Shown: positions 1 through 13,019 of the stretch, piece after piece | How the letters are laid out: every line of letters begins with the position of its first letter | Position numbering within the stretch: the first letter of the stretch is position 1 | Assembly (NCBI RefSeq): GCF_009914755.1 | Contig: NC_060927.1 | DNA length: 64,000 nt | Reading direction: 5' to 3' (one strand) | Source of the DNA: the human T2T-CHM13v2.0 reference genome, Homo sapiens | Position numbers and translations under genes: made by a program | Notes under the pieces: generated by a model | What the model was told of the DNA's origin: nothing | The model's input: the letters and a program-made list of their open reading frames with translations, nothing else | Database searches by the model: none

Positions 1-1619
1 TTCTTCTTCTTCTTTTTTTTTTTTTTTTTTTGATATGTCTTTGTCTGGTTTTGGTATCAGGATAATACTGGCCTCATAGAATGAGTCTGAAAGTATTCCC
101 TCCTCCATTATTTTATAGAATAGTTTGAGTAGGATTGGTATTATTTCTTCTTTAAATGTTTGGTAAAAATTCAGCAGGGAAGCCACTGGATCCTGTGGTT
201 TCCTTTGCTGAGAAATTTTATATTATGGGTTTGATCTCATTACTTGTTATTGGTCTGTCCAGGTTTTAGATATCTTCATGAGTCAATCTTGGTAGGCTGT
301 ATGTGTCTAAGAATTTATCAATTTCTTCTAGGTTTTCCAATTTATTGGCATATAGTTGCTCATAGTAGCCTCTAATGATACTTTGAATTTTGGCAGTATC
401 CGTAGTAATGTGTCTCCTTTTTTTAAAATCTCTGATTTTATTTATTTGGGTCTTGTCTCTTTTTTTCTTAATTAGTCTGACTAAAGTTTTGTGGATTTTT
501 ATTATCTTTGTAAAAAACTTTTCATTTTGTTGATTATTCGGGTTGTTTCCTTTGTTTCAATTTCATTTATATCTGCTTTGATATTTATTATTTGTTTTCC
601 TCCATTAATTTTGGGTTTGGTTTGCTCTTGGTTTTCTATTTCTTTAAGATCCATTGTTAGGTTGTCTACTTGAAGTTTTTCTACTTTTCTGATGTAGATG
701 TTTATAGCTATAAACATTCCTCTTAGTACTATTTTTACTATATCCCATACATTTTTGTATGTTTTGTTACCATTATTATTTGTCTCAAGAAATGTTTAAA
801 TCTCCTTCTTAATTTCTTTATTGACCCACTGGTTATTCCAGAGCATATTATTTAAAGTGTTTGTATAGTTTCCAAAATTTCTCTGGTTATTGATTTCTAG
901 TTTTACTCCATTGTAGTAAGAAAAGATTCTAATATAATTTCATTTTTTAAATCTTTGCAACTTATTTTGTAGCCAAACATATTGTCTATTATTGAGAAGG
1001 ATTTATGTGCTGAGGAAAGGAATGTATATGTTGCAGCTGTTGGATGAAATGTTCTATAAATATCTTTTAGGTCCATTTCATCCATAATGCTGATTAAGTC
1101 CAATGTTTATTTCTTGATTTTAGATCTGGATGATCTGGGGTGTTCCAGTGTTGGATGCATATATATATACTGGATGTATTATTATACTGGATGTCCAGGT
1201 ATTATTATACTGAGGTCTATCTCTTTCTTTAATAATATTTGCTTTATATATCTGGGTGTTCCAGTGTTGGATGCATATATATTTACAATTGTTATGCCTC
1301 CTTGAGGAATTGACTACTTTATCATTATATAATGAGCTTTCTTATCTTTTTTAACAGTTTTTGTCTTGAAATCTATTTTGTCTGACACAAGTATAGATAC
1401 TCCTGCTTCTTTTTCGTTTCTGTTTCCATGGAATATCTTTCTCTATCCCTTTATTTTTAATCTATATGTGTTTTTATAGGTGAAGTGTGTTTCTTGTAGG
1501 CCACAGATTATTGAGTCTTGTTTTGTTATACATTTAGCCACTCTATGTCTTTTGATCGGAGAGTTTAATCCACTTACATTCAATGTTATTGTTGATAAAT
1601 AAAGACTTAATCCTGCCAT
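1..1619 (-). pseudogene. Disrupted L1 ORF2 (endonuclease and downstream region)
   Basis: Recognisable ORF2p peptides occur in several frames, broken by stops and frameshifts. Confidence 0.9.
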
Positions 1620-4600
1620 TTTATTGTGAGTTTTCTGGTTGTTTTGTGGTCTTCTCTTCCTTCTTTCCTTCCTTCCTGTCTTTCTGTTAGTAAAGGTGAT
1701 TTTCTCCAGTGGTATGTTTTAATTTCTTCCTTTTTATTTTTCATGTATCTGTTGTATGTTTTTGATTTGAGGTCACCATGAGATTTGCAAACAATATCTT
1801 ATAACCATTATTTTAAACTGTTGACAACTAAACACTGATTGCATAAACAAAGAAGCAAAGGGAAAACTAATAAAACCTTTACACCTTAACTGTGTCAACC
1901 TGCTTTTTAACATTTTGTTGTTCCTATTTGTATCTTATTGTACTGTCTATGTCTTGAAAAGTTGTTGCAATTATTATTTTAATTGATTTATATTTTAGTC
2001 TTTTTACTTAACATATGAGTAGTTTACACACCACAGCATGTAAGTTACAGTGTTATAATATTCTGTGTTTTCTTTGTACTTACAATTACCAGCAAGTTTT
2101 GCACCTTCAGATGATTTATTTTTGCTCATTAACATCTTTTTCTTTTGGATTGAAGAACTCCCTTTAGCATTTTTTGTAAGACACGTCTGATGTTGATGAT
2201 ATTCCTCAGCTTTTATTTGTCTGGGAAAGTATTTCTTCTTCCTATTTGAAAGACAATTTTTTAGATATATTATTTTAGGATAAAAGTTTTTTCCTTCAGA
2301 ACTTTAAATGTCATGCCACTCTTACTGGCCTGGAGGATTTCCACTTAAAAGTCTGCTGCCAAATGCATTGGGCCACCATTGTATATTATTTTTATTTTCT
2401 TTTGCTGCTTTTAGGATCCTTTCTTTATCCTTGACTTTTGGGAGTCTTCTTAATAGATGACTTGGGATAGTAGTCTTATTTGGGTTACAACTGCTTTGTG
2501 TTCTATAACCTACTTTTACTAGAATATTGATATCTTTCTCTAGGTTTGGGAAGTTCTCTGTTATTATCCCTCTGAATGAACTTCCTACCCCTATCTCTCT
2601 GCCTCCTCCTCAAGGCCAATAGCTCTTAGATTTGCCCTTTTTAGTCTGTTTTCTAGGTTATGTAGACATGCTCATCTTTTCTTCTATCTCCTCTGACTGT
2701 GTATTTTCAAATATCCTATCTTTAAGCTCACTAATTCTTTCTTCTGCTTGATCAATTCTGTTAAAAGACTCATGCATTCTTCAGTATGTCAACTGCACTT
2801 TTCACCTCCAGAATTTCTGCATGATTCTCTTCAATTATCTTAATCTCTTTGTTAAATTTATCGGATAGGATTCTGAATTCCTTTCCTGTGTTATCTAGAA
2901 TTTCATTACGTTTCCTCAAAACAGATATTTTGAACTCTCTGTCTGAAAGATCAGATATCTCTGTCTCTCAAGAATTAGTATCTGGTGCTTTATGTATTTC
3001 ATTTGCTGAGGTCATGTTTTCCAAGATGGTCTTGATGTTTATGGATGTCCATTGGTACCTGGGCATTGAAGATCTGGGGATTTATTGTGGTCTTTACAGT
3101 CTGGGCTGGTTTGTACTCATCCTTCTTGGGAAGGCTTTCCAGGTATTTGAAGGGATTTGGGTATTGTAATCTAAATTTTTGGTCGCTGCAGCCATGTCTT
3201 CATTAGGGGATACCCAAACCCCAGTAACTCTGTGGTGGCTCGTGCAGACACACAGAGGTACTGCCTTGGTGGTCTTAGAGAAGATCTAGAATAATTCTCT
3301 GGATTACCAAGCAGAGACTCTTGTTCTCTTCCCTTACTCTTTCTCAAACAGGGTCTCTCTTGGTGTGCTGAGCTGCCTGGAGCTGGGCAGGGGGTGATAC
3401 AAGCCCCTCCACTGGGACAGTACTGGGTCAGACCTGAAGCTGGCATGGCACTGAGTCTCATCCAAGGCCCACAGTAACCATTATCTGGCTACCACCTATG
3501 TTTGCTCAAGGTTCTAGGGCTCTACATAAGCAGGTGGAAAAGCCAGCCAGGCTTGTGTCCTTCCCTTTAGGGTGGTGAGATCCCCCCAACCCCAGGCAGG
3601 TCCAGAGAGGCCAACTGGGAGCCATGGCCTGGAGTTATAAACCTTAGGAATCTATTTAATGCTCTATTCTACTGCAGCTGAGCTGGCACACAAACCACAA
3701 GACAAAGTTCTTCCACTCTTCCCTTCCCTTTCCATAAGCAGAGCAGTCTCTCCCTGTGGCCACCACCACCCCAGGACCATGGTGAATATTGCTTAACTAC
3801 TGCCGACGTTCACTCAAGGCCCAAGGGCTCTTCAGTCAGCTTGTGGTGAATGCTGCCAGACCTGGGACCCTCCCTTCAGGGCAGTGCCCTCCCCTCTGGC
3901 CAAAGGCAGATTCAGAAATGTCATCCAAGAGCCAAGACCTGAAATCAGGGATGCCAAGAGCCCGCTTGCTGCTCTACCCCTCTGTGGCCAAGCTGGTATC
4001 TAAGCATCAGGATGAAGTCCCCTTTACTATTCTCTCTCCTTTTTTAAGCAGAAGGAGTCTCTCACCATAGCCACCACAGCTGGGACTGTGCTGGGTCTCA
4101 CCTGAAGCCAGTACATCTCTGAATCTCATTCAAGGCCCACAATGAGTACTGCCTGGCTACTACTGCTGATTATTCAGGGCCCACGTACTCTTCAGTCAGC
4201 AGGTGGTGAATCCTTCCTGAATTGGGTCCTTCCCTTCAAGGCAGCAGGTTATCTTTCTGGCCCAGGTGTATCTATACGTGTTATCCAGGAGCTCGGGCCT
4301 AGAATGGTAGCCCCAGGATTTGGCTTGTTACCCTATCCTACTGTGGTAAGCTGGTATCCAAGTTGCAAGACAAAGTTCTCTTTATTCTTCTTACTCTTCC
4401 CTCTCCTCTCCTCAAGTGGAGAGAAGGAGTCTTTCCTGGAGTTGAGAGCTGCACTGCCTGGGACTGGGGGAGGGGTGGCATCAGCACTCCCTTGGCTGCC
4501 CCAGCTGGTGTTTCACTAGGTCATGTGCCCCCCAAGTCCACTGGCTCCAAGCCCAACACAGCACCATAACTTGCCCAGGAATTGCAGTCCTTGAGGCCCA

Positions 4601-5060
4601 AACTGCCTTTCAAGTTTCTTTAGGACCCCAGAGCCTCCAGAGCAAGGCTTGCTGGAACTCAGATTCCAACTGCTGAGATGGGGATTCCCCTCTGGCTAGG
4701 GCTGGTATAAATACACCCACCCTCAGCGGGTGCCAGCTGAGCTCTGCCTGGCATTGCTGTCCACTGTGACAGGACAGCACTGAGCTCCAAGGCAAAGGTC
4801 CACAGTCACTGTGCTCTCCCTCCCACTGCCACACAGATTCTTTCTCTGTGCCATGTGGCACAGAGTGGTATCAGCAATTCAATTCCTGCTCTCTTCGGTG
4901 CCTCTTTCAGTGTTATGAAGTTAAACCAGGTACTGTGACTGTTCACCTGACTTTAGGTTATTATGAAGGTGTTTAATTGTGTGGATAGCTGTTCAATTTG
5001 GTGTTGCCACAGGGAGGACGATCAGTAGAGGTTTCTGTTCAGCTATCTTGCTCCATCTCC
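1..5060 (-). mobile_element. Old LINE-1 (L1MA-type): 5'UTR, ORF1 and 5' part of ORF2, decayed; runs off the left window edge
   Basis: The minus strand from the ATG at 1619 reads MAGLSLYLSTITLNVSGLNSPIKRHRVAKCI (L1 ORF2 N-terminus). ORFs 903-1103 (DLKDIYRTFHPTAATYTFLSSAH, endonuclease) and 502-717 (LKEIENQEQTKPK) match ORF2. ORF1-like sequence lies at ~2110-2960 and a GC-richer 5'UTR at ~3000-5060. Confidence 0.93.
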
Positions 5061-5074
5061 AGGCTGACTTTTTT

Positions 5075-5321
5075 TTTCTATGTAAGTAAGTGCATGGTAT
5101 GAAAAATACAATAACTGCTAATATAATTTGGTGTCACTACCTCGATTTGTACTAAAGCACCAGTAGTTTTAGTTCACTATTTTTGCATCATCAATAAAAT
5201 TTCAATGGAAAATGTATATTACATATTAGTATTATTGTGAAAAGAGTTTTGAACTCTCAGAATCTCTGAAAGGGCCTCAGGGACCCCCAGGGGATTACTG
5301 AGCAGACTGTGATAACTACTG
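5075..5321. mobile_element. hAT-Charlie (Charlie1-like) terminal fragment
   Basis: ttagtattattgtgaaaagagttttgaac...ctgaaagggcctcagggacccccagggg...aactactg resembles the Charlie1 end. Confidence 0.7.
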
Positions 5322-6794
5322 TCTTAAATTATGTCCTTCTTCCCTTTCTTTCTTACTTCCGCCTGTGAAAAAATTAGAGATAAGCTTGGAGTCAGATACT
5401 TGCAAGTAATCATGGATAAATACAACATGCTCTCCCTCCACACAGACCCCAATTTCTTCCTCGAAGAGCTTATTTCCTAGTGGTACACTCTCTTTTCTTC
5501 CTTCCCCCTCCTGCTAGTTGGTTGACTTTGTCACTTACAACCAAAGATTCTTAACCAAACAAAGCATTCGAAGGCCAAACCTGGAGCCCTCCAGTCTAAT
5601 TCCACAACCAAAATCCATACTGCTTATGGATTTTGCACTCCATACTTAATTTATTACCTAAATCTATAACCAATTACCGTGGATTAATTAATTGATTAAT
5701 ATTCAAACACTCTTTCTCTTTCCTCATTTTCTTATAAATATTCTGCAACATGTTCTATCTGTATTTATTAGGGTGAGCTACATTAAGTTGATGTTCGTGG
5801 TGGGTGAAAAATCAAGTATCATCAGTTTCATGTAGATCAACCTCATAATAACCAAAGCATTATTTTCCACCATTGGAAGAGAAGTACCAAAATACATCAA
5901 TTGAAAGAAAATTATTCCCAGTGTTTGGGTGGACATGTACTCCAAGAAGAAGAGAAGATTGTGAGGCAAACATCACGTGACTTTAAATGTGTCTTAGTCA
6001 AAACTACTAAGGCAATTTTGGACAATATGGGCCTCATCCAAATATTGAGCTCACCTGTTTTATGTTTCCACGACCCCATGTTGAGGACAGATTTCCCTCT
6101 GCTGTGGAATGAGAACCATCCATCACTGGAACATTTCCAGCCTCTCTCCACTTACCCTCTCACTTATCCTTCCTCAGTGAGAAATGTGAAAGAAGGAACA
6201 GGTTGGCTTGGTCCCTCCCTTTCTTTTGCTCTTAGGATTATGTGCTCTGGTCTCCTCCTCCAAGGGCACATTGATCAGTGGCAGGTCCCCAGTTAAGAGA
6301 GAGAAGGGGACAGTGTTAATGCAGTGTTATCTTAGACTGGGGAGCAAAGTTTGTAATACTCAGGGGTTGAAAGTAAAGAATCCCACCATTGCCACACGCC
6401 CAAGGCCACTGGTCATAAAGACACGATTTCAATCTTCATTTTCATGGCTTCTCACTGGCTGGCTCTCAGCGAAATAAAGAAAGATTATTTTTTGATTCTT
6501 CAGACACCAACAGACATCTGCTCATAGAAGTTGATGCCAGAGGACTCACAGTATAGAAGTGGAGCCCCCAACATTTGTGTGAGAAAACCTTAGTGTTACT
6601 TTTCACTATAGGTTCTTGGGTAGGTGTTGGGGAAACAAAGAGAAATGTGGGATGGTGATACTTCAAAAGCAGAGGAAAAGCTCACTCTCATGCTACAATT
6701 TCCTCTCGTCCAAAAAATCTCAGTGAATTCACTGACTGAGTCCTGGAAAGCAGATGGCAGATTTACCTAAGAAGGTTAAGAATGGCAATATTCT

Positions 6795-6990
6795 TATCCC
6801 AGTTCTACTACTTACTGGCCATGCCTCCATAGGCAATATTTTACCTGTCTATATCTCAGTTTCCTCTTCTGTAAAATGTAGATAATTATAGCCTCTCCCT
6901 CATCTCATCGTTACAAGGATGAAATACATGAAAACAAGAAGTGCTTCAAAAAGTCTGGTGCATATTAAGTATTTTAATAACTATTCTCTT
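6795..6990 (+). mobile_element. MIR SINE
   Basis: Core ctcagtttcctcttctgtaaaatgtagataat with MIR-like flanks. Confidence 0.85.
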
Positions 6991-7599
6991 ATAATTAAAT
7001 GCATTTTATTGCTATAAGCAGCTGATCTTCATTTATTTATTCAAGAGATACTTGCATTGCATTTATACACATGGCACACTCCTAAGCCTGAGGATAGTGA
7101 CAATGAAGACAAAATTCCAGCTCTTAAGAGCTCCCTTACTCTGTTGGAAATCTCTGAAACAAAGTGAAATATATTGGAGAAGGGGGACATTCTTGGAGAC
7201 CTCATTTTATATATAAATGAATATGTATTCTGGATGGAACTGCTGTATATGGTTAGGGGTGGAAGGCTTGGTGTCAAGCAAATACTTTTAGGCAGCTAAA
7301 GAGAATTTGTGTAGTGTATTTAATAAGTAGGTAGGATGTGGGAATAATAATTTATATTTGCAAAGTACTTTAGCCTTCAAATTGTAATCATAGCCTTTTG
7401 ATATTTAAGGCAGTATGAGATGGTGAGAAATGAACATGCCTTTGAATCAGAACAAAGAGGCTACAGTCTCATCTCTAACAGCCACTGTCTGATTCCTTAA
7501 CCCCACAGTAGGGGTAGTCACAATAAAAAATAGTAACAGCCCCCCAAACTATTTCACAGGGTTGTTGTGTAGATGAGATGATACGTTATGTACAGGAGA

Positions 7600-8250
7600 G
7601 CGTGCATTCCTTCAGCAAATATTTAATCAAACATGTAAGGTATACTGGGCTTTGCTGCACTGCTTGAGGCCCTGTCCTCATGCAGTTACATCTTAATGAT
7701 AGGACCAGACACTAAAGGAGTAGCAAATAAATGAGATAATTTTCACTTATAGTAAGTGCTTTATATATATATAATATATATTTTTATATATATTATATAC
7801 ATATATTATATATATTATATATAAATATATATTATATATTATATATATTTATATATATTATATATATTTTTTAATATATATATTATATATATATATATGG
7901 TGTTGTGGCAGAGAAATTCTCCCTTACAAGAGATTTCACTGAGTGTCTCTTGGGAGGAGAAATTGGAGCTGAGAAGGGGCTGGGGGCAGAGCTGGAAGGA
8001 AAGTTCTGGTTGGAGTAAAGAGGGTATGAAGGACAGGAAGCAGAATAAACTGTGGTGTGCAACAAAGGGAAAGGAAGACAAGCAACTGGAACAAGGCAAG
8101 GTGGGGAAGAAGGGCCTGAAAGGAAGCCCAGACATAGGAAAAGCTCAGATATGTGGGGGCTTGAAAGCCATGGGAAGGAGTTTGTATTTTATGTTAAGGA
8201 AGGGGGACCCCCGTTGAAGGTTTTAAGCAAGAGAGTGCATAATCAACTTC
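7600..8250 (-). mobile_element. L2 LINE 3' fragments split by a TA-rich microsatellite
   Basis: ttccttcagcaaatatttaat...ccctgtcctcatgcagttaca, and aggttttaagcaagagagtgcataatc, are L2-like. Confidence 0.65.
7762..7898. repeat. (TA)n-rich simple repeat
   Basis: About 135 bp almost entirely A/T in TATA-type units. Confidence 0.95.
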
Positions 8251-9654
8251 CTGTTTAAAATTATAATTAAATAACTGTGAAGGCAAGTGAGAATTTGTTT
8301 CTGCTGGAGATGCCAACATGGACAGGTGGAGGGGAAGGTGGAGAGAGGATGTCATATGGGTCTGTTTCCGCCTCATTACTTTCATGGTCTTCTGTCTGGA
8401 GGTGAAACAGGGAGATTTGCATCCTGCTTGATCTCAATAGGTGAATATTGTTACTTTTGTCACCTGCCTCACAGTGCCTGGCTCTTTGTCCTTGGTACAA
8501 TCAGGCCTCTCTTGGGCCTGTGATGACAATGTCAGTATTTCCCCCAGCGGGAAAATAAAATTGACCCTGGAGTTTTATTGATGAGTTTCGGCGATCTGTT
8601 TCTCAGAGATAAAAAGCCTTCCACACATTATATGACTGGCAATCTAAACATTCTTTAATAGTCATTGTAGTCTGGTGATTGTGGGTGTCAAATGGGGACA
8701 AACTATGGATTTGTCTTTGCTTTCTGTCTCAGGACTGCTTTGTAAACAGGCTGAATGGAACATCCCAGAAATGGCAAGGGCCTTATGGACCCACTTCAGG
8801 GTTTTTAGAGTAAATTTACTACCCTTGACTAGAGAATGGACCTCTCCTCTCTGAGAAGGTCATCTTAAGTAAAAGCTACCACACCTACAGCAAGAAAGGA
8901 GGAATAGGCTGTCTACTCCGTTAACTAGATTAACAGAGTTAGTCCTGGCCATTTGTACAGTGATAGGTATAGGAGGAAGACCACCTTCACAGCCAAGTTG
9001 CAAGAAAAACCTGAAGTTGGAGTTAAATCCAATAGCGACCATGAGTACATTAAAGTGGGTTTGACATTTTCACAAGGTACAAATAGAAGATGTTATCAAG
9101 TAGAAAATGAATAGAAAGCATAATAGGTGTGGATTTTTTTTTTCCCCAGAGACCTCAATACTTTCCACTTGGATTCCTGCTGGGTTAAGGGGCTTTAGAT
9201 CATCCTTGCTAGTGAACACCGCAGGAGTGAAACCACGCTACCCTTCCAGTTTTATGCATGACTAAGCGTTGACCTTTGCCGTTGCTAGATTCTCCTGAGA
9301 CATGCTTGCTTACAACTTCAGTTGTGCAGCTTTTTGCATGGATAAGCCATAGAGTCCTGTTCTTAAGAAGCTAAATATTTGCAAACATTCATTTATTTAA
9401 CAAATATTGATTGAATAGCTGCTGTGTGTCAAGCACTGGTGACTGGGTAAACATGTATGAACAAAAGAGACAAAGCCTGTGTCCTCATGAATACATATAG
9501 ATTCAGGCGCATGCAGAATTTAGAATTTTCTATTTCTAATTAAGGTATCATGAAGAGCAATTCAGCCTACCTTATCATTATACAGATGGAGAAACTGAGG
9601 CCCCAAGAATGACTTTCTTAACATCACACAGGTAGTGGGCAGAAGGATCATGGG

Positions 9655-9900
9655 TGGTAATAAGCATTATTAACGTTTTTTGAGTACTAACTATGTACCA
9701 AGTACCTGGTAAAAAGTACTCGGCATGGCTTATTTTCATGAATTTTCACAAAAATCCCTCTGAGATAAGTACTATTATTATCTGTCCTTTTCTGGATAAG
9801 AATACTGAGACCCAAGTCTATAGAGCTGGGAAACTGTTGAGCTGTGAGTTAAATCTAGGCAGGATGACATTAAAGAAAGAACTTCTACTCACTGTCATAC
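9655..9900 (-). mobile_element. MIR SINE
   Basis: ttgagtactaactatgtaccaag...cacaaaaatccctctgagataagtactattattatc...actgagac. Confidence 0.8.
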
Positions 9901-10659
9901 TGCATTATCCAGAGTTCTTTTAACTCCAACATTCGAAAAATATTATCCCTTTAACAGGCTTGCATTTCAATCCCACAGCCACTTGTCACCAGTTGGTCTA
10001 ATACCTGACAGTATCCATAGAAAGGGAGGAATTTACCCAGCTTATAAAGTGATGGTGATGGAACCATCTGTTTGTTTGCATTTAAGCCAGTAGTGGCTAT
10101 TAGAAATGAAAATAGGTTTGAGAGTCTCAAGAAATACCCAAATATTTTCTCCTGGTATTTTAAAATATTCAGTTTTCATGTAAGAATGATACATGGAGAT
10201 AGAAAACAACTGTCCTTAACAATAAATGGTAAAATCAAAGCAGATTTCCTGTAAAGATAAGTACTCTTCATTTTCCCAGATGCCTCTCAAGGCCCGTGGA
10301 GTGCCTGGACAATATTTAATAAATACTTTTCTCTTTCTTGTCTTAAAGAAGGTCCTTGAAATATTATAGGTTTCAGGCCCCTCCAAGCTTACGTTTGTCC
10401 CTGCTTTACCCCAATATAGAAGTTTACCTCAAGGTTTTAGAGACAGTAAAACCTCAATTTACTATCACCGGCTTTGCTGTTTACTAACTGTGAGAATTTG
10501 AGTAACTTATTTACCTATTGTAACTTCTGTTTCTGTATCTGTTAAATGAAATATATACTCTTGAAAGTGTATGGTTGTTGGAGAAGAAGAGTGGCTATAT
10601 TCATCTAACAACAAAGGTACAATGTTAATAAATGTTGAATCAATATATTTCCTTAAAAA

Positions 10660-11130
10660 TTGTGTTCATCTATAGTAACAACACATGAAAAACAGTGGCT
10701 TAATTGAACACAGGTCCATTTTTCTCATTTAACAAGAAGTCTGGAAAGAGGCTCAGACATGTCCTGGGGACATACACTCATAGTATCTTTCTGTTTAGCC
10801 TTCTGCAGTGTGGACTCCATCTTCATGGTCACAAAGTGGCTGCTCTCTTCCAGACATTGTGTTTGCCTTCCAGGAAGAAAAAAAGAAGAGATATATGGAA
10901 AGACATATAATCTATATATAATTTTTCTATATGCCTATACTATATATTATAGAGTCTATATTTCATATAGATTGTGAGTTCTTTTAATTATCATCCTCTG
11001 TGTAAATGTTGTACATTTCTATGTATATTTCATTGGTAAGAAGTGAATCACATGGCATCTTAACTCTAAGGGACATGGGGAAGTGAAGATTTTTAACTAG
11101 CAACATTTCTTAAGGAAAATTGAAGTTCTG
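10660..11130 (-). mobile_element. Old MaLR LTR (MLT1J/K-like)
   Basis: aacagtggcttaa...ttctcatttaacaagaagtctgga...catggtcacaaagtggctgct...tcattggtaagaagtgaatcacatgg. Confidence 0.6.
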
Positions 11131-11162
11131 GACATATGAGAGGAAAACTAGTTTGTCTGGTG

Positions 11163-11330
11163 CAGGGATTCTCAGACTTTAACTAGCATCACAGTCACAG
11201 ATCTCCAGGCCCCATTTCCAGAGTTTCTGATTAGTAGGTCTGGAGTGCGGCCTGAAAGTTTACATTTTTAACAACTTCCTGGGTAATGCTGATGCTGCTG
11301 GTCCAGGGATCATACTTGGAGAACCACTTA
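11163..11330 (-). mobile_element. MER5A hAT MITE
   Basis: ccagagtttctgattagtaggtctggagtgcggcctga...gatgctgctggtccagggatcatacttggagaaccact. Confidence 0.88.
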
Positions 11331-11498
11331 CCTAGTAAAACAAAAAACAAAAAGAAGACTGTTTTGCTTTGTCTGTAACAGCTTCTACTGGAGTCAATTT
11401 TATGGTCCAAACAAAGCAGCAAGTAAATGAAGAAACCAATACTAAACCTGAATAGGGTTCACTTCTATTTTCCCAGGGAAAGTGAATATGTATATAAA

Positions 11499-11537
11499 GT
11501 GTGTGTGTCTGTGTGTGTGTGCATGTTGTGTGTGTGA
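11499..11537. repeat. (TG)n microsatellite, interrupted
   Basis: Read directly from the sequence. Confidence 0.9.
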
Positions 11538-12042
11538 GTTTATACATATCGGTCCATTTCTTTGGCTTTATTTGGTGCGAGGACCAGAAGGGTGCTAATG
11601 AAGAGGCTATATATTTGGCCAAGGATTTTTAAACCCATCTGAGAAGTGAAGAGTGAGCCATGTGTGCCAACTGCCATATGAAGAACACGGAGGGAAAGTG
11701 ACAGATGAATCCTAGGGACAGTCAGTTCTGAAAATGTCATTTTCCACAGTAAAACTATGGCCAGAGAGACCATGTGTTCAAGAAGCTGCCAAGCTAGAGT
11801 AGCAGGGAAAAAAGGGCAGCAAAGTTGCTAAAAGCTGCTGAGAATGGATGCTCCCAGCCTTCCATCTATCTCTTTGCTTCACTAGGAAGAATGTGTTGTG
11901 GGCTGTCATGGTAAAGAGGTTGAGGCTTCCTAACAAGCCATCAGAAAAAGTCCCTAGACCAAGACAGCTTCACTTGAGAAACGCCTAAACTGTCACTGCT
12001 CTTCTGAGCGTTAAGGACCCATCTCCTGTCCCTTGTTTGACA

Positions 12043-12390
12043 CAGGTCTACAATCCCTTATCCATAACTTCAAACTCCAAATGCTGAAAACTAAAAACTT
12101 GTAACTCCTTTTTTGTGAAACATGCCCTGACCTGAACACATTCAGCAGCAACATCTGACTGACCTAACTATTCGTATGCTTAAAAATGTTCTTATTTGAT
12201 ACTAGCAGTGATACATCTCACTGCAGAAAAAGCAACACACTTGCTTATGAGATGCTGCCCAGACATGCGGCAGGGAATTTACATAATTAATGGAGTAGGC
12301 ATCATGTTACCTTTCAAAAATAAGAAAATTTCTGAATTCTGAAACAAATCTGAACCCAGAGGTTTAAACAAGGTATTGGGGAATGGACTC
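12043..12390. mobile_element. Ancient TcMar-like DNA transposon/MITE (family uncertain)
   Basis: Starts caggtctacaatcccttatcc and ends with a degenerate inverted copy after ttctgaattctgaaacaaatctgaaccc. Confidence 0.5.
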
Positions 12391-12861
12391 CTGGCTTGCC
12401 TGTTGATACTGGTTCCCATTTTCTGATGAACCTTTCAGCCATGGCCTTGCCACAGCTTTGCTGCAGCTCTCCAGCTACTTTATTGAGCACTCTTTTTAAC
12501 ACATCCAGATGTTCTTGAATTCCCCGGCAATTGGAGTTTCGATGCCACTAATCCTGGGCTGAGTCATATCTTGAACTCAGCAAAAATCCTTATTGACAGA
12601 GTTTTTTCTCATTGGACTCATAGAGAGGAGAGGAAGTTTCAACATCCTGTCTCTACTGCTTACTTGGAAAAATAATCCTTATAGTTTAAGCCTTTGGTTT
12701 CTCTCCTTAGACAGCATGCAAGGTAGTCTCTTTATATGCACTAAGAGAGGCAACCAAGGCTCAGAACAATTAAGCAAGTTCCTACGTTACTGTCCTAACA
12801 TGATTCTAATACACAATGTTTTGAACTCCTTAGGCAAGAAACAGAATCTGCCATCTTCTAC

Positions 12862-13019
12862 ACAGAGAAAGCTGCCTCTTTTGCAGAGCCCTGTAAAAAT
12901 AAAAATGCAGGGCCCCTTGTCCAAAATTTAATAATTTTAAGACGGCAATAGCAGAGCATTAATCCAAATGCAAGCCCCTGTGCAACTGTACAAGTCACAT
13001 ACCCTTGAAGTCAGCACTG
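12862..13019 (-). mobile_element. MER45A (hAT-Tip100)
   Basis: aaaatgcagggccccttgtccaaaatttaataattttaagacggcaatagcagagcattaa matches the reverse complement of MER45A. Confidence 0.8.

Noticed and set aside
2849-4861. Cluster of 68-125 aa ORFs
   Set aside because: They lie inside the L1 ORF1 antisense strand and 5'UTR and show no non-L1 protein similarity that I recognise.
5778-6666. Overlapping ORFs up to 131 aa in unique sequence
   Set aside because: No recognisable domain or convincing splice-site context; lengths are compatible with chance.
9133-9150. Polypyrimidine plus CAG splice-acceptor-like site
   Set aside because: No convincing downstream donor or reading frame; such sites are frequent by chance.
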